This document shows positions 41,798-52,000 of a stretch of 64,000 bases of DNA, one piece after another. This DNA comes from a virus (taxonomy: Duplodnaviria; Caudoviricetes): positions 32,001 to 96,000 of the IMG/VR virus record IMGVR_UViG_3300032295_000548; one strand, given 5' to 3'. The position numbers were made by a program, and so were the translations under genes. Below the pieces are notes generated by a model that saw nothing but the letters and a program-made list of their open reading frames with translations, ran no database searches and was not told the DNA's origin. How positions within the stretch are numbered: the first letter of the stretch is position 1; each line of letters opens with the position of its first letter.

Positions 41798-44068
41798 TTG
41801 GATTTCACATTAAGATCATTGGCTGTTGACGAATTAAAGCCTAAGGAACGCCCCACAGAGGACATTGCTGATGCACGCCATCGTAGTATGATGGAAGCAA
41901 TCGCACCTTATGCTAAAGCAACAGTACAAAAGAACTTAACTCCTGTATATGTTGATTACAAGACAAGAAACACTAAGTTGGTTCTTGTACTATGTCCTGA
42001 ATGGTCACCCTATATGCCTCCGTTTAGTCTTGCACGATTAAGCGGTGTTGCTAAAAGTGCAGGATATGAGACACACATCATAGACTTGAATGTTAAAGCG
42101 TATAACGCATTTAAGAAAGACTGGTGGCCTAAGCAAAGAATCCCATTCAGACTATGGGATCCTAGTAGTTCTTGGCATTGGATGGGTGATACTTACATGA
42201 ATGATATTCACCCATTGTTAGGCCCTGAGGTACTAAGCCCGGCAGTAGATAAAATCATTGAAATGAATCCTGATGTAGTAGGCTTTAGTGTTTACTATAT
42301 TAGCGAAGAACCTACTAAGTGGATGTGTCAAGAAATTAAGCGTAGAGCACCTCACATTAAGATTGCTGTAGGTGGACCTAACGTACACAAGAGTTGGTTC
42401 GCAACACATCCATATTATGACTATGTTGTAGTAGGAGAAGGTGAGCAGAACTTGCTTGTCATGCTTGACGAGATAGAAGAAAAGAAAGAAGTAGAATTCC
42501 CACGTTATCTTACACAGCCTGAAGATCAACGTATCAACATTAATGGTTTGCCGATGCCTGACTATGAATCAATTGATTTTAGTCAGTATGAATTGCCTAA
42601 CGGAGTTAATAGTGAAATCAGTAGAGGTTGCACTGCTAAGTGTACATTCTGTGAAGAAACACACTTCTGGAAGTATCGTCAACGTCAAAGCGTTGACCTT
42701 ATCACCGAAGTCGAGTGGTTGTACTACAATAAGGGAACGGATATTATCTGGTTCATTGACAGTCTTATCAATGGTAACCCTAAAGAACTACGAGCTTTTG
42801 CTCTGGCACTAAAAGAAAAAGACTTGAAAGTTAAGTGGACAGGATACGCACGTTGCGATGGTCGAATGGATTTAGAATATCTACAAGACTTAGCAGCCGG
42901 TGGTGCAATCATGTTTAACTTTGGTATTGAATCAGGTTCACAGAAAGTACTTGATGACATGGCTAAGGGTGTTACTATCAAGGAGATGGAACAGAACTTT
43001 ATTGACTGTAAGAAAGTAGGCATCTGGGCCGCAACTAACTGGATCGTTGGATTCCCCACAGAAGACTACCAAGATTATAGTGACACTATGACATTCTTCT
43101 GGCGTATGCGTAACAATAACATTAACAATGCAGGATTGGGTGTTGGTTATGGTATGGGGCCTGAGACTATTGTAGGACAGAATCCACATAAGTTTAACAT
43201 CAGTTGGCACAAATATCAGGGTCATTGGATACGTAACGACTTTACGTTCGGTGGCACACACTTGATGATTCGTGTTAAGACCTGGCACATGTTTGCTGAC
43301 TTCTTACGTGGAGTAACTGATGTACCCATCAGTTATCCTGTGCGTCATGCATTAGAGAAAGAACACTATAAGATCAAACTTAATCATACAAACATGGCAA
43401 GAGACATTGAGTATGAGAAGTTTGACTACAATATCATCAAGCCTAACATCAATCCATTTGCTGATGCACTTGTAAACGAGATGTGGCCTTTCTTACGTAT
43501 GCTATGGAAGTGTCGTGGTGGATACGAAGCAGAGATACATTACAACCCTGATATTGATTTGAAAGAGTTTGGTACACAGTTTGGACCTGGCATGTTTAAT
43601 GCTGTCTATAAGTTTAAGATTAGTGACAGTGGCAAGTGGGAAGCAGACTTTGATATGAAGTTTGAACAGATTGATAACCCATTTGATGATAGAGAGCGCC
43701 CACCGTTAGGACGTAAAGGTCCGTTCTATGCACAAGATTACTCACGTATGATGAGCAACACGGCACTACGAGCCCGCAAACTTGCAAAGCCTACATGGAG
43801 TGACGCTGAAGGTCGTGATGGTCAAGACTTTAGTGATTTGTTGGACGAAGAAGCAGAATTAAACAAGAATGTAGATTTCAGCTTTGACTATCATTACATT
43901 GGTTATGGTAATTGGGGTAACTACAAAGACTTTGAAGTTGCAGTGTCTGATACTTCACGTGAAGTAATTCCTGAGAAGGAAGCAATGTCAGCACTTGATT
44001 TTGCTAAACAATCACAACCTATAACTATTTCTGTTGATAGTATCAAACGCAAGAAAGACAACGCATGA
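41798..44068 (+). CDS. B12-binding radical SAM enzyme
   Basis: AGGAG RBS with TTG start; PP.SLARL, GFSVY, VGGP, GEGE, EISRGCTAKCTFC, GIESGSQKVL..M.KG, IVGFPTE. Confidence 0.85.
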   Translation: MDFTLRSLAVDELKPKERPTEDIADARHRSMMEAIAPYAKATVQKNLTPVYVDYKTRNTKLVLVLCPEWSPYMPPFSLARLSGVAKSAGYETHIIDLNVKAYNAFKKDWWPKQRIPFRLWDPSSSWHWMGDTYMNDIHPLLGPEVLSPAVDKIIEMNPDVVGFSVYYISEEPTKWMCQEIKRRAPHIKIAVGGPNVHKSWFATHPYYDYVVVGEGEQNLLVMLDEIEEKKEVEFPRYLTQPEDQRININGLPMPDYESIDFSQYELPNGVNSEISRGCTAKCTFCEETHFWKYRQRQSVDLITEVEWLYYNKGTDIIWFIDSLINGNPKELRAFALALKEKDLKVKWTGYARCDGRMDLEYLQDLAAGGAIMFNFGIESGSQKVLDDMAKGVTIKEMEQNFIDCKKVGIWAATNWIVGFPTEDYQDYSDTMTFFWRMRNNNINNAGLGVGYGMGPETIVGQNPHKFNISWHKYQGHWIRNDFTFGGTHLMIRVKTWHMFADFLRGVTDVPISYPVRHALEKEHYKIKLNHTNMARDIEYEKFDYNIIKPNINPFADALVNEMWPFLRMLWKCRGGYEAEIHYNPDIDLKEFGTQFGPGMFNAVYKFKISDSGKWEADFDMKFEQIDNPFDDRERPPLGRKGPFYAQDYSRMMSNTALRARKLAKPTWSDAEGRDGQDFSDLLDEEAELNKNVDFSFDYHYIGYGNWGNYKDFEVAVSDTSREVIPEKEAMSALDFAKQSQPITISVDSIKRKKDNA

Positions 44069-44667
44069 AAGAAGTTCAGCAATTTGAAAGAATCATTGCT
44101 GACTATTACAATGCTCCATACGCTGTTGCTGTAGATTGCTGTACGCATGGTATAGAGTTAGCATTACGCTATACTAAGTTTGATAATGTAACATGCCCAT
44201 CTAACACATATCTAAGCGTTCCTATGACGTTTGAGAAACTAAACTTAGATTGGAGTTTCAATCAACAATATTGGAGTGACTATTATTACATAGGCAACAC
44301 AAATATCATTGATGCCGCAGTGTATTGGAAGAAGAACGGGTACATACCCAACACGTTTATGTGCCTTAGCTTTCAATATCGCAAACATTTGAATGTTGGT
44401 CGTGGTGGTATGATTCTAGTAGAACATGACTATGAATATGTTGCACTAAAGAAAATGAGTTATGATGGTCGTGTACCTGATACTCTCTGGGCCGAACAAG
44501 ACATAGATATGTTGGGATACCATTACTATATGACCCCAGAGACAGCAGCCTTAGGTATGATTAGATTCAATGACGTAAAGGATACTGATCCAAAACAATG
44601 GTCATATAAAGACTACCCTGACATAAGCAAGATGAAGGTTTTCAATGAACAAAATTCAAGTAAGTAA
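44065..44667 (+). CDS. Short DegT/DnrJ/StrS-type PLP aminotransferase
   Basis: YAVAVDCCTHG..LAL, IIDAA, LSFQYRKHL..GRGGMI (PLP Lys), GYHYYM..E.AA.G; only 200 aa. Confidence 0.75.
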   Translation: MKEVQQFERIIADYYNAPYAVAVDCCTHGIELALRYTKFDNVTCPSNTYLSVPMTFEKLNLDWSFNQQYWSDYYYIGNTNIIDAAVYWKKNGYIPNTFMCLSFQYRKHLNVGRGGMILVEHDYEYVALKKMSYDGRVPDTLWAEQDIDMLGYHYYMTPETAALGMIRFNDVKDTDPKQWSYKDYPDISKMKVFNEQNSSK

Positions 44668-45622
44668 GAATGAGTGGGATCCGCTAAAGAAAGTAATCGT
44701 AGGTCTAGCAGACTTTGCACGTATTCCTAATATGGATAAAAGTTTACGTACAGTAAACTATAGTCACGTTAAAGATGATAAAGACTTGCCGTCTGGTGGC
44801 TTATATCCAGTGCAAGTTATACAAGAAGCGAATGAAGATTTAGATAGATTATCAGAAGAACTAACCAAACTAGGAGTTGAAGTTGTTCGTCCAATGAATC
44901 GCCCCACTGATTACTATAACTATTGTCCTAGAGATTTAGCAACAATCATTGATACAAAGGCAATCGTTGCTCCTATGAGTTTGCAGTCACGTAAAGATGA
45001 TTACAAAAACATTGAGAGTGAATTAAAGAATATCTATTATGTCCCAAACGATCAAGGTGATAGTAACTATAACTTAGGTAGTATCGGTGACAAAGACACA
45101 TTAGCATTGCACGAAATTTATCCAAAGTTTGATGCGGCTAATTTGATTCGTGCTAACGATGACATACTTTATCTTGTTAGTAACTCCGGTAATCGTAAAG
45201 GAGCATATTACTTACAAGAGTTATTAGGTAGTAAGTACAGAGTACATCTATTAGAAGGTGTGTATAGTTACATGCACATTGATAGCACTGTTGCGTTCTT
45301 GCGTGAGGGCCTGATGCTATTGAACCCTGCTAGAATTCCTGATAAAAGCATACTACCTGCTCCCTTTAATACATGGGACGCAATCTATGCCCCCGAGCCA
45401 GTCGATATCGGTCACTTTCATGGCTTCAACAATGCTAGCCCTTGGGTTAGTGTCAATCTACTGTCTATCAATCCTAACTTGGTTGTATTAGAAGAACGGC
45501 AAACTAACCTAGCAAAAGAATTAAATAAGTACGGAATAGAATCATTGATGTTACCAATGAGACATGCTAGAACATTGGGCGGGTGCTTTCACTGTGTAAC
45601 ATTGGATTTGGTTAGAGGATAA
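44645..45622 (+). CDS. Amidinotransferase (glycine/inosamine-phosphate amidinotransferase family)
   Basis: NEWDPLK.VIVG, CPRD, FDAAN, HIDST, LGGCFHCVTLD (Asp/His/Cys triad). Confidence 0.9.
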   Translation: MNKIQVSKNEWDPLKKVIVGLADFARIPNMDKSLRTVNYSHVKDDKDLPSGGLYPVQVIQEANEDLDRLSEELTKLGVEVVRPMNRPTDYYNYCPRDLATIIDTKAIVAPMSLQSRKDDYKNIESELKNIYYVPNDQGDSNYNLGSIGDKDTLALHEIYPKFDAANLIRANDDILYLVSNSGNRKGAYYLQELLGSKYRVHLLEGVYSYMHIDSTVAFLREGLMLLNPARIPDKSILPAPFNTWDAIYAPEPVDIGHFHGFNNASPWVSVNLLSINPNLVVLEERQTNLAKELNKYGIESLMLPMRHARTLGGCFHCVTLDLVRG

Positions 45623-45624
45623 GA

Positions 45625-47400
45625 ATGAAACAAAAATGGACTAGGGGCCACATCAGTAGATTTTGGAATATAGATGATGTAAAGAAATTAGATTACGTCA
45701 GACAACCTATCATGGATTCTGAAATTGAAGAATGGAAAACTAAAGGCTATGACTATGTAAAAAGTTTTTCAGGGTCTATGTACGACAGTCGTAATCCTAT
45801 GCCGGAGTGGGTAAAAAGGTTTGACAACATATTTGACTTTAAAAATATGACGTATAATTTTTACAAGATGAGCCAACTAGAAATTATGCCAACTCACGTA
45901 GATCACTTTCAAACCTACATGAGGTTATTCAATGTCGAATATGAAAATGCAGTACGAATTCTTGTTATGTTGGAAGACTGGAAGCCTGGACATTATTTAG
46001 AAGTAGATGGTGTAGGCATTGTCAATTGGGTAGCAGGTGATTACTTCATGTGGGACAGCGATGTTCCACATGCCGCTAGTAACATTGGCACAGAAGATAG
46101 ATACACATTACAGATTACAGGTACAAAGATTACCTTTAATGATATTTCTAGTTTACATTGGTACAACATTCCTGATTTAAAAACTAAAAAAGAATCATTG
46201 GATGCACCCATAATGGCTAATATGTATAAGGCCATGAAAAAAACTACTCCCTATTACGTCTATATGTACAACAGGGAAATCACAGAACTAGAAAACATCA
46301 AGCATGATCCTGAAACTGTAAAAAAGTTAAATGAAACAGGAGTCGAGATTTATCTATATGAGCCATTGTGTTCTTATAGATCAACCGATACTCAACAGTA
46401 TCCTCCTCATGGTACAGTTCATTCATTGTTATTTTATAGCGAGTTTCACTATGACCAAGTCCAACGCAAATTTGATTTACGAGCGGTTGAACTAGACAGT
46501 ATTGAGAAATACATCGATAACAACGGGTTGAAGAACGTTACTGTAAAGTCATGTGATTATAATATTCAAAAATTCTACCTATATTATAGAGCAAAAATGC
46601 GTTTGGAAGCAGATGATTTGTTTGTCAAGTTTTTTGACATTAATGAATTTGAACAACTAGACGACAACAAAACCGGAGACTTTACTAAAAAGTTCATCAA
46701 CATGAATTGGCGATATGCCCCGCATCGTCAATTAGTGTCAGCTTATTTGGCTAACTATGAAGTAGATTCGTATCTAACTTGGTACTTTAAATCCGACATG
46801 AGTGTAGTTAGTGTAGAGCCATGGTATAGTATACATCATTGGTTGCAGAAGAATCCAAATGCATTTCAGAAGATGATTACCGGGTTTAATAAATTGAATT
46901 CTAAGTCACCTTGGAACATCGATTTGAAAGTCAAAGAACATACATTGATATCTCATAGCTACTTCAAAAAAATGTTTCCTGTAGGTATGATATTCGATCA
47001 CAAACTTCAAAACTTTGGTGATAACAAAGACCGATTGAAAACAGCATATGCTGATATTTTTGTTGATATTGTGAACGAATCTAGGTTTGCACAACCTACA
47101 GCAAACTACAGTGAAAAAGTTTATAGACCTATGTTCTATAAAAAACCATTTGTATTAGTGGCTCCCCCGCATACGTTGCACTATCTCAAAGAACAAGGGT
47201 TCGAAACATTTGGTGATTTTTGGGATGAATCATATGATGCACTGGAAGATCATGAATCCAGACTCTTTGCTATATTTGATATCATAGATCATATCAACAA
47301 CATGTCAATAGGTGATCTAAAGATTATCTACAATAAAATGTTGCCCATTTTAGAACACAATAAAAAGATTTTGTTAGAAAAATGTCCTAGTAGGTACTGA
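45625..47400 (+). CDS. Fusion: cupin/2OG-Fe(II) oxygenase-like domain + GT10-like domain
   Basis: N-terminal PTHVD...PHAASN.G...RYTLQ (HxD...H...R); C-terminal VNES..YSEK..KPFV, GFETF.DFWDESYD. Confidence 0.6.
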   Translation: MKQKWTRGHISRFWNIDDVKKLDYVRQPIMDSEIEEWKTKGYDYVKSFSGSMYDSRNPMPEWVKRFDNIFDFKNMTYNFYKMSQLEIMPTHVDHFQTYMRLFNVEYENAVRILVMLEDWKPGHYLEVDGVGIVNWVAGDYFMWDSDVPHAASNIGTEDRYTLQITGTKITFNDISSLHWYNIPDLKTKKESLDAPIMANMYKAMKKTTPYYVYMYNREITELENIKHDPETVKKLNETGVEIYLYEPLCSYRSTDTQQYPPHGTVHSLLFYSEFHYDQVQRKFDLRAVELDSIEKYIDNNGLKNVTVKSCDYNIQKFYLYYRAKMRLEADDLFVKFFDINEFEQLDDNKTGDFTKKFINMNWRYAPHRQLVSAYLANYEVDSYLTWYFKSDMSVVSVEPWYSIHHWLQKNPNAFQKMITGFNKLNSKSPWNIDLKVKEHTLISHSYFKKMFPVGMIFDHKLQNFGDNKDRLKTAYADIFVDIVNESRFAQPTANYSEKVYRPMFYKKPFVLVAPPHTLHYLKEQGFETFGDFWDESYDALEDHESRLFAIFDIIDHINNMSIGDLKIIYNKMLPILEHNKKILLEKCPSRY

Positions 47401-47402
47401 GT

Positions 47403-47410
47403 TATAAATA
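47403..47410 (+). promoter_or_regulatory. Late promoter, exact T4-type TATAAATA
   Basis: Intergenic, 22 bp before a small ORF. Confidence 0.55.
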
Positions 47411-47432
47411 CTTAGGATTTAAAGGGCAAACT

Positions 47433-47531
47433 ATGTTTATTATCAGATTTTTCAAAAACTTAATCAAAGAATACAAATACCGCAAGCGCATCAAAGAACT
47501 ACGTAAACGTGATCCATTTATCTATAAGTGA
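47433..47531 (+). CDS. 32-aa basic peptide upstream of the carbamoyltransferase (not in ORF track)
   Basis: MFIIRFFKNLIKEYKYRKRIKELRKRDPFIYK*; fills the gap and ends 2 nt before the next ATG. Confidence 0.65.
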   Translation: MFIIRFFKNLIKEYKYRKRIKELRKRDPFIYK

Positions 47532-47533
47532 TT

Positions 47534-49012
47534 ATGAACTACGTAGGAATCAGTAACGGCTTCCACGATGCCGGCATCTCTGTCGTTGGTCCCAATGGTG
47601 ATATCTTATTTGCAGGTCACAGCGAACGTTATAGCAAGCACAAACATGATAAAGACTTGTGCTTGTCCTTAGCACAGGATGCAAAAGCAAATATACAGGG
47701 TGAATCTGAGATTCACTACTACGAACGCCCTTTAGTAACAGCATTACGTCAGTTACGTGCGGCGCAACCTGTTAAGTTTGAAACAGCAAAATCACGCATT
47801 GGTAAAGAAATACTAAAAGAGTTTAATAATCCTAAGGTCGTTACTCATGAGCATCACTTGAGCCATGCGGCAGCAGGATTTCAAACAAGCCCATATGACG
47901 AAGCTACTGTCGTAATCATTGATGCGATTGGTGAGTTTGATTGTATCAGTATTTGGAATGCTTGGTATGACAACAAAGGTTATGCACAATACAAAAAGTT
48001 ATGGTCTAAAAAATACCCACACAGCATTGGTTTATATTACAGTGCAATGACTCAACATGTGGGCCTAAAGCCATTGGACGAAGAATATATTCTAATGGGT
48101 ATGGCTGCATATGGACAACCCATATACTTCAACAAGATTGAAGGGCAACTGTTAGAAAGTTCTACTAACTTAGAGTTCAAAGAGAACCTACATATTGGTG
48201 TACCTGAAGGATTCTTAGAAGGTGCTAACGAAATGGACGTTGCCGCAAGCGCACAAGCACTTGTAGAATACCTTATCAACACCGTTATGGGCAAGGCTCG
48301 TATGTTAGGTAAGAGTCGTAATTTAGTATATGGTGGTGGTGTAGCATTGAATTGTCTTGCTAATAGAAACTTAGGAGACTATTTCAGTGAGATGTGGATT
48401 GTTCCTAACCCCGGTGATTGCGGATCAAGCTTAGGTGCAGCCGCATTGGGTTACGGTAAGAAATTAAACTGGGTCGATGCTTTCTTAGGACACAACATTC
48501 CAGGCAATTATCCCAGTAATCGTATCATTGACGAACTAGTTAAGACTAAAATAGTAGGTGTAGCCTCAGGTCGTGCAGAGTTCGGTCCACGTGCATTGGG
48601 TAATAGGTCATTGCTTGCAGACCCCAGAGGTGATACAATAAAGGATACTGTAAATGAAATTAAACGCAGACAAAAATTCAGACCATTTGCGCCCATTATT
48701 TTGGAGGAGTATGTTCATGATTATTTTGATATGCCTCGTAACTGGCGTGATAGTAGGTATATGCAAGTCATCGCTACTTGCCGGCATCCTGACTTATTTC
48801 CTGCTATCGTTCACGCTGACGGCACTAGTCGGGTACAGACTGTTCCAAAAGATGGAAGTGGAGTCAGAGAACTCCTAGAAAAGTGGTATGTCTTGACTGG
48901 ATGTCCTATACTGTTAAACACCTCGCTTAATATCAGAGGCGAGCCAATGGTAAATGATAGGTCTGATGCTGATAGATTTGAAACCCTGTACAATGTTAAA
49001 GTGATATCGTAA
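47534..49012 (+). CDS. O-carbamoyltransferase (NodU/CmcH/TobZ family)
   Basis: GFHDA, ER.S..KHD, HHLSHAA, DAIGE, EY.LMGMAAYG, GGVALNC, EFGPRALGNRS, RPFAP, LNTSLN..GEP. Confidence 0.92.
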   Translation: MNYVGISNGFHDAGISVVGPNGDILFAGHSERYSKHKHDKDLCLSLAQDAKANIQGESEIHYYERPLVTALRQLRAAQPVKFETAKSRIGKEILKEFNNPKVVTHEHHLSHAAAGFQTSPYDEATVVIIDAIGEFDCISIWNAWYDNKGYAQYKKLWSKKYPHSIGLYYSAMTQHVGLKPLDEEYILMGMAAYGQPIYFNKIEGQLLESSTNLEFKENLHIGVPEGFLEGANEMDVAASAQALVEYLINTVMGKARMLGKSRNLVYGGGVALNCLANRNLGDYFSEMWIVPNPGDCGSSLGAAALGYGKKLNWVDAFLGHNIPGNYPSNRIIDELVKTKIVGVASGRAEFGPRALGNRSLLADPRGDTIKDTVNEIKRRQKFRPFAPIILEEYVHDYFDMPRNWRDSRYMQVIATCRHPDLFPAIVHADGTSRVQTVPKDGSGVRELLEKWYVLTGCPILLNTSLNIRGEPMVNDRSDADRFETLYNVKVIS

Positions 49013-52000
49013 ATGCTAAGAGATGTTTTTTATTTCGGAAATAAACCTAATGTTCACCCAAGAGAGCAACATGCAACAAGTTTAACAGACGCTAGAAGAA
49101 AAGCGTCAACAGAACATTTTTGGATTATTAACGAGTTCTGCGACTATACTAATTTTGATTGGGATTTTGATTTTGAATTCCTACCAGACGCAGACGTATG
49201 GGCAGAAGAACACAACAACGTATGGCCTAGCTATCATCAAAAGGATAGCGGTACATGGCTATGTCCAAAGAAACTAAGTGACGTTATTGTTTATCGTGCA
49301 GATGTTGATTCACTGAAACGAAAGAATAGCATCAATGACAACTGGAAGTTGTTAGATAATATTGATGTTACTAAGTGGGACTTTAGTTGGCATCCTGATC
49401 CAAGTGACCCTCCCTACATTTATAAGTGGGGTTCAAAGTATGCACCTGTTGAATTAAAATCGTGCATTGAATATCATGCTCCGGACGCTACTCAAATAAA
49501 ATACATGAACACTACAGTAGAATTGCTTCCTAATTGGGATTGCATTGTAGAGGTTCAGAAAGTAAATTACAATCATTGGGATATGAGTTGGAGACCAGAC
49601 CCACTCGATCCTCCCTTCATTTACGTATGGGGTAACAAATACATTGATGGACGTTTACGTTCAACACTAGAGTATCATGTGCCTGGAGCTACTGAAAAGA
49701 AATACATGAATGAGTTAGTACCTGTACTTCCTGAATGGGATCGTTGGGTACTAATACATGACATTGACAAAACATCATTTGACTTCTCTTGGAGACCAGA
49801 TCCAAGAGAGCCTGATTTTATATATGTGTTTGGTAATGAACAATATGAAGGTGGTGTAATGCCTACGATTGAATATCGTATGCCTGATGCTACTGAGAGA
49901 AAATATCTTCATGATATGAAGGCTAGACTTTCTCCTCATCCTGAAAAATTCGAACACTTAGAGAAAGCAGATAATATTGATTACAGTTGGGTTCCAGACC
50001 CAACTGCACCTCCTTATATCTATGTTTGGGGCAATCAATGGAACAAGCCAGAAGATAAGATTAGTATTCAATACGTAGTTGAAGGTGCAACAGAATACAA
50101 ATACATGGAAGAACGTTCAAAACGTAAACCATGCATGGATAATTGGGAAGTACCTGATGATGTTGATACTACTGGATTTGATTTTTCTTGGGAACCTAGT
50201 CCTGCTGATCCTGCATACATCTATGAGTTTGGTACTCAGTGGCAAAAGACAGGTGGACCTCGTTATGTAGTAGAAGGTGCCACAGAAATCAAATATGTAA
50301 GTACAATGAAAGTAACTAAGTTAGCAGACAAATCTAAGTTTGCTATCTTAGGCAATTTAAAAATTGCTAACTTTGATTATTCATGGCATCCTGACAGCAC
50401 AGAAGAACCATACATTTATGTCTTTGGTAATAACTTCTATCCGGGCGAAATTATGCCCACAATTGAATATGCAATGTCAGGCGCTACTAAAATCAAATAT
50501 GTAGAAAACGCAGTTGCAACATTAGGTATTGATAAAATTAATTGGGAAGTACCCAACAATGTTGATGCGTCATCGGTAGATTTTAGTTGGAAGCCTAATC
50601 CTAAAGACCCTCCCTACATCTATCAGTATGGTACACAACATCAAAAATCAGGAGGACCTCGTTACGTAGTTCCTGAGGCAACTGAAGTAAAGTATGTTGA
50701 TGTAAAAGCTAAAGCACTGCCACAACAAGACAAATTTACAGTGTTAGATGGTATCGTAGTTGACGAGTTTGATTACTCATGGCATCCAGATGATACCGAA
50801 GAAGCGTACATCTATCAATTCGGAAATAATCAGTATCCTGCTGAAATTATGCCCACTGTTGAGTATGCAATGCCTGGTGCTACTCAGATCAAATATGTAC
50901 ACGAAGTAGTAGCCAAGCTTGGTGTTGATATGACTAACTGGACAACACCTGATAACATTGATGCTACTGGTTTTGATTATAGTTGGAAGCCAAATCCCAA
51001 AGACCCCGCTTATATCTATGAGTTTGGTACTCAATGGCAAAAGACAGGTGGACCTCGTTACTTAGTAGAGGGCGCTGATGAAGTTAAGTATGTAACTACT
51101 CAAAGTGTTAAGGTTTTACCTACAACAGACAACTGGACTATTCCTACTAATTGCGATGTAACTGGCTTTGACTTTAGCTGGCATCCAGATGCAACTAGCC
51201 CACCGTATATCTATCACTTTGCTACTCAATGGGCATTGACAGGTGGACCTGTATATACAATGGATGGTGCTACTGAAATCAAGTACGTAGAACATCCAAG
51301 TGCAGTTGCACTTCCTAATCGTGATAACTGGGAAATACCCAAACACATAGATAGTGATGCGTTTGACTTCTCATGGCATCCATACGTAGAAGATCAACCT
51401 TACGTTTATATCTTTGGCACACAACATCAAAAGACAGGTGGACCTAAGTACATAACACCCGGTGTAATACCTACAAGCCCAGTCAAATATATTGACACAC
51501 GTATCATACGTGCGATACGTAAACCTAGCAAGAAAAACTTTGCAGTATTAAACAATTACAAAATTAAAGATTTTGATTGGTCATGGCATCCAGACGAAAC
51601 CGACGAGCCATACATCTATGTGTTTGGTAATACTCAGTATCCTGCTGAAATCATGCCGACTATTGAGTACGTAGTTCCTGGAGCAACACAGATTAAGTAT
51701 GTGACTGATGTTGTAGCAACATTAGACATTGACATGGCAAATTGGGAAGTTTCTAACAATACAGATGTAAGTAGTTTTGACTTTAGTTGGAAACCTAACC
51801 CTAAAGACCCACCTTTCATATATCAATTTGGTACTCAACATCAAAAGACAGGTGGACCTCGTTACGTAGTGGCTGATGCAGATGAAGTAAAGTATGTGAC
51901 TACTCAACAAGCAGTAGCACTACCTACTACTGAAAATTGGACTGTGCCCAATTATGTAGACACATCAGGATTCGATTTTAGTTGGCATCCAGATGACACA

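Noticed and set aside
44645-49012. Saxitoxin-like cluster (amidinotransferase, carbamoyltransferase, SGNH proteins)
   Set aside because: There is no SxtA-like PKS/ACP/AONS, Rieske oxygenase or sulfotransferase, and the context is sugar enzymes.
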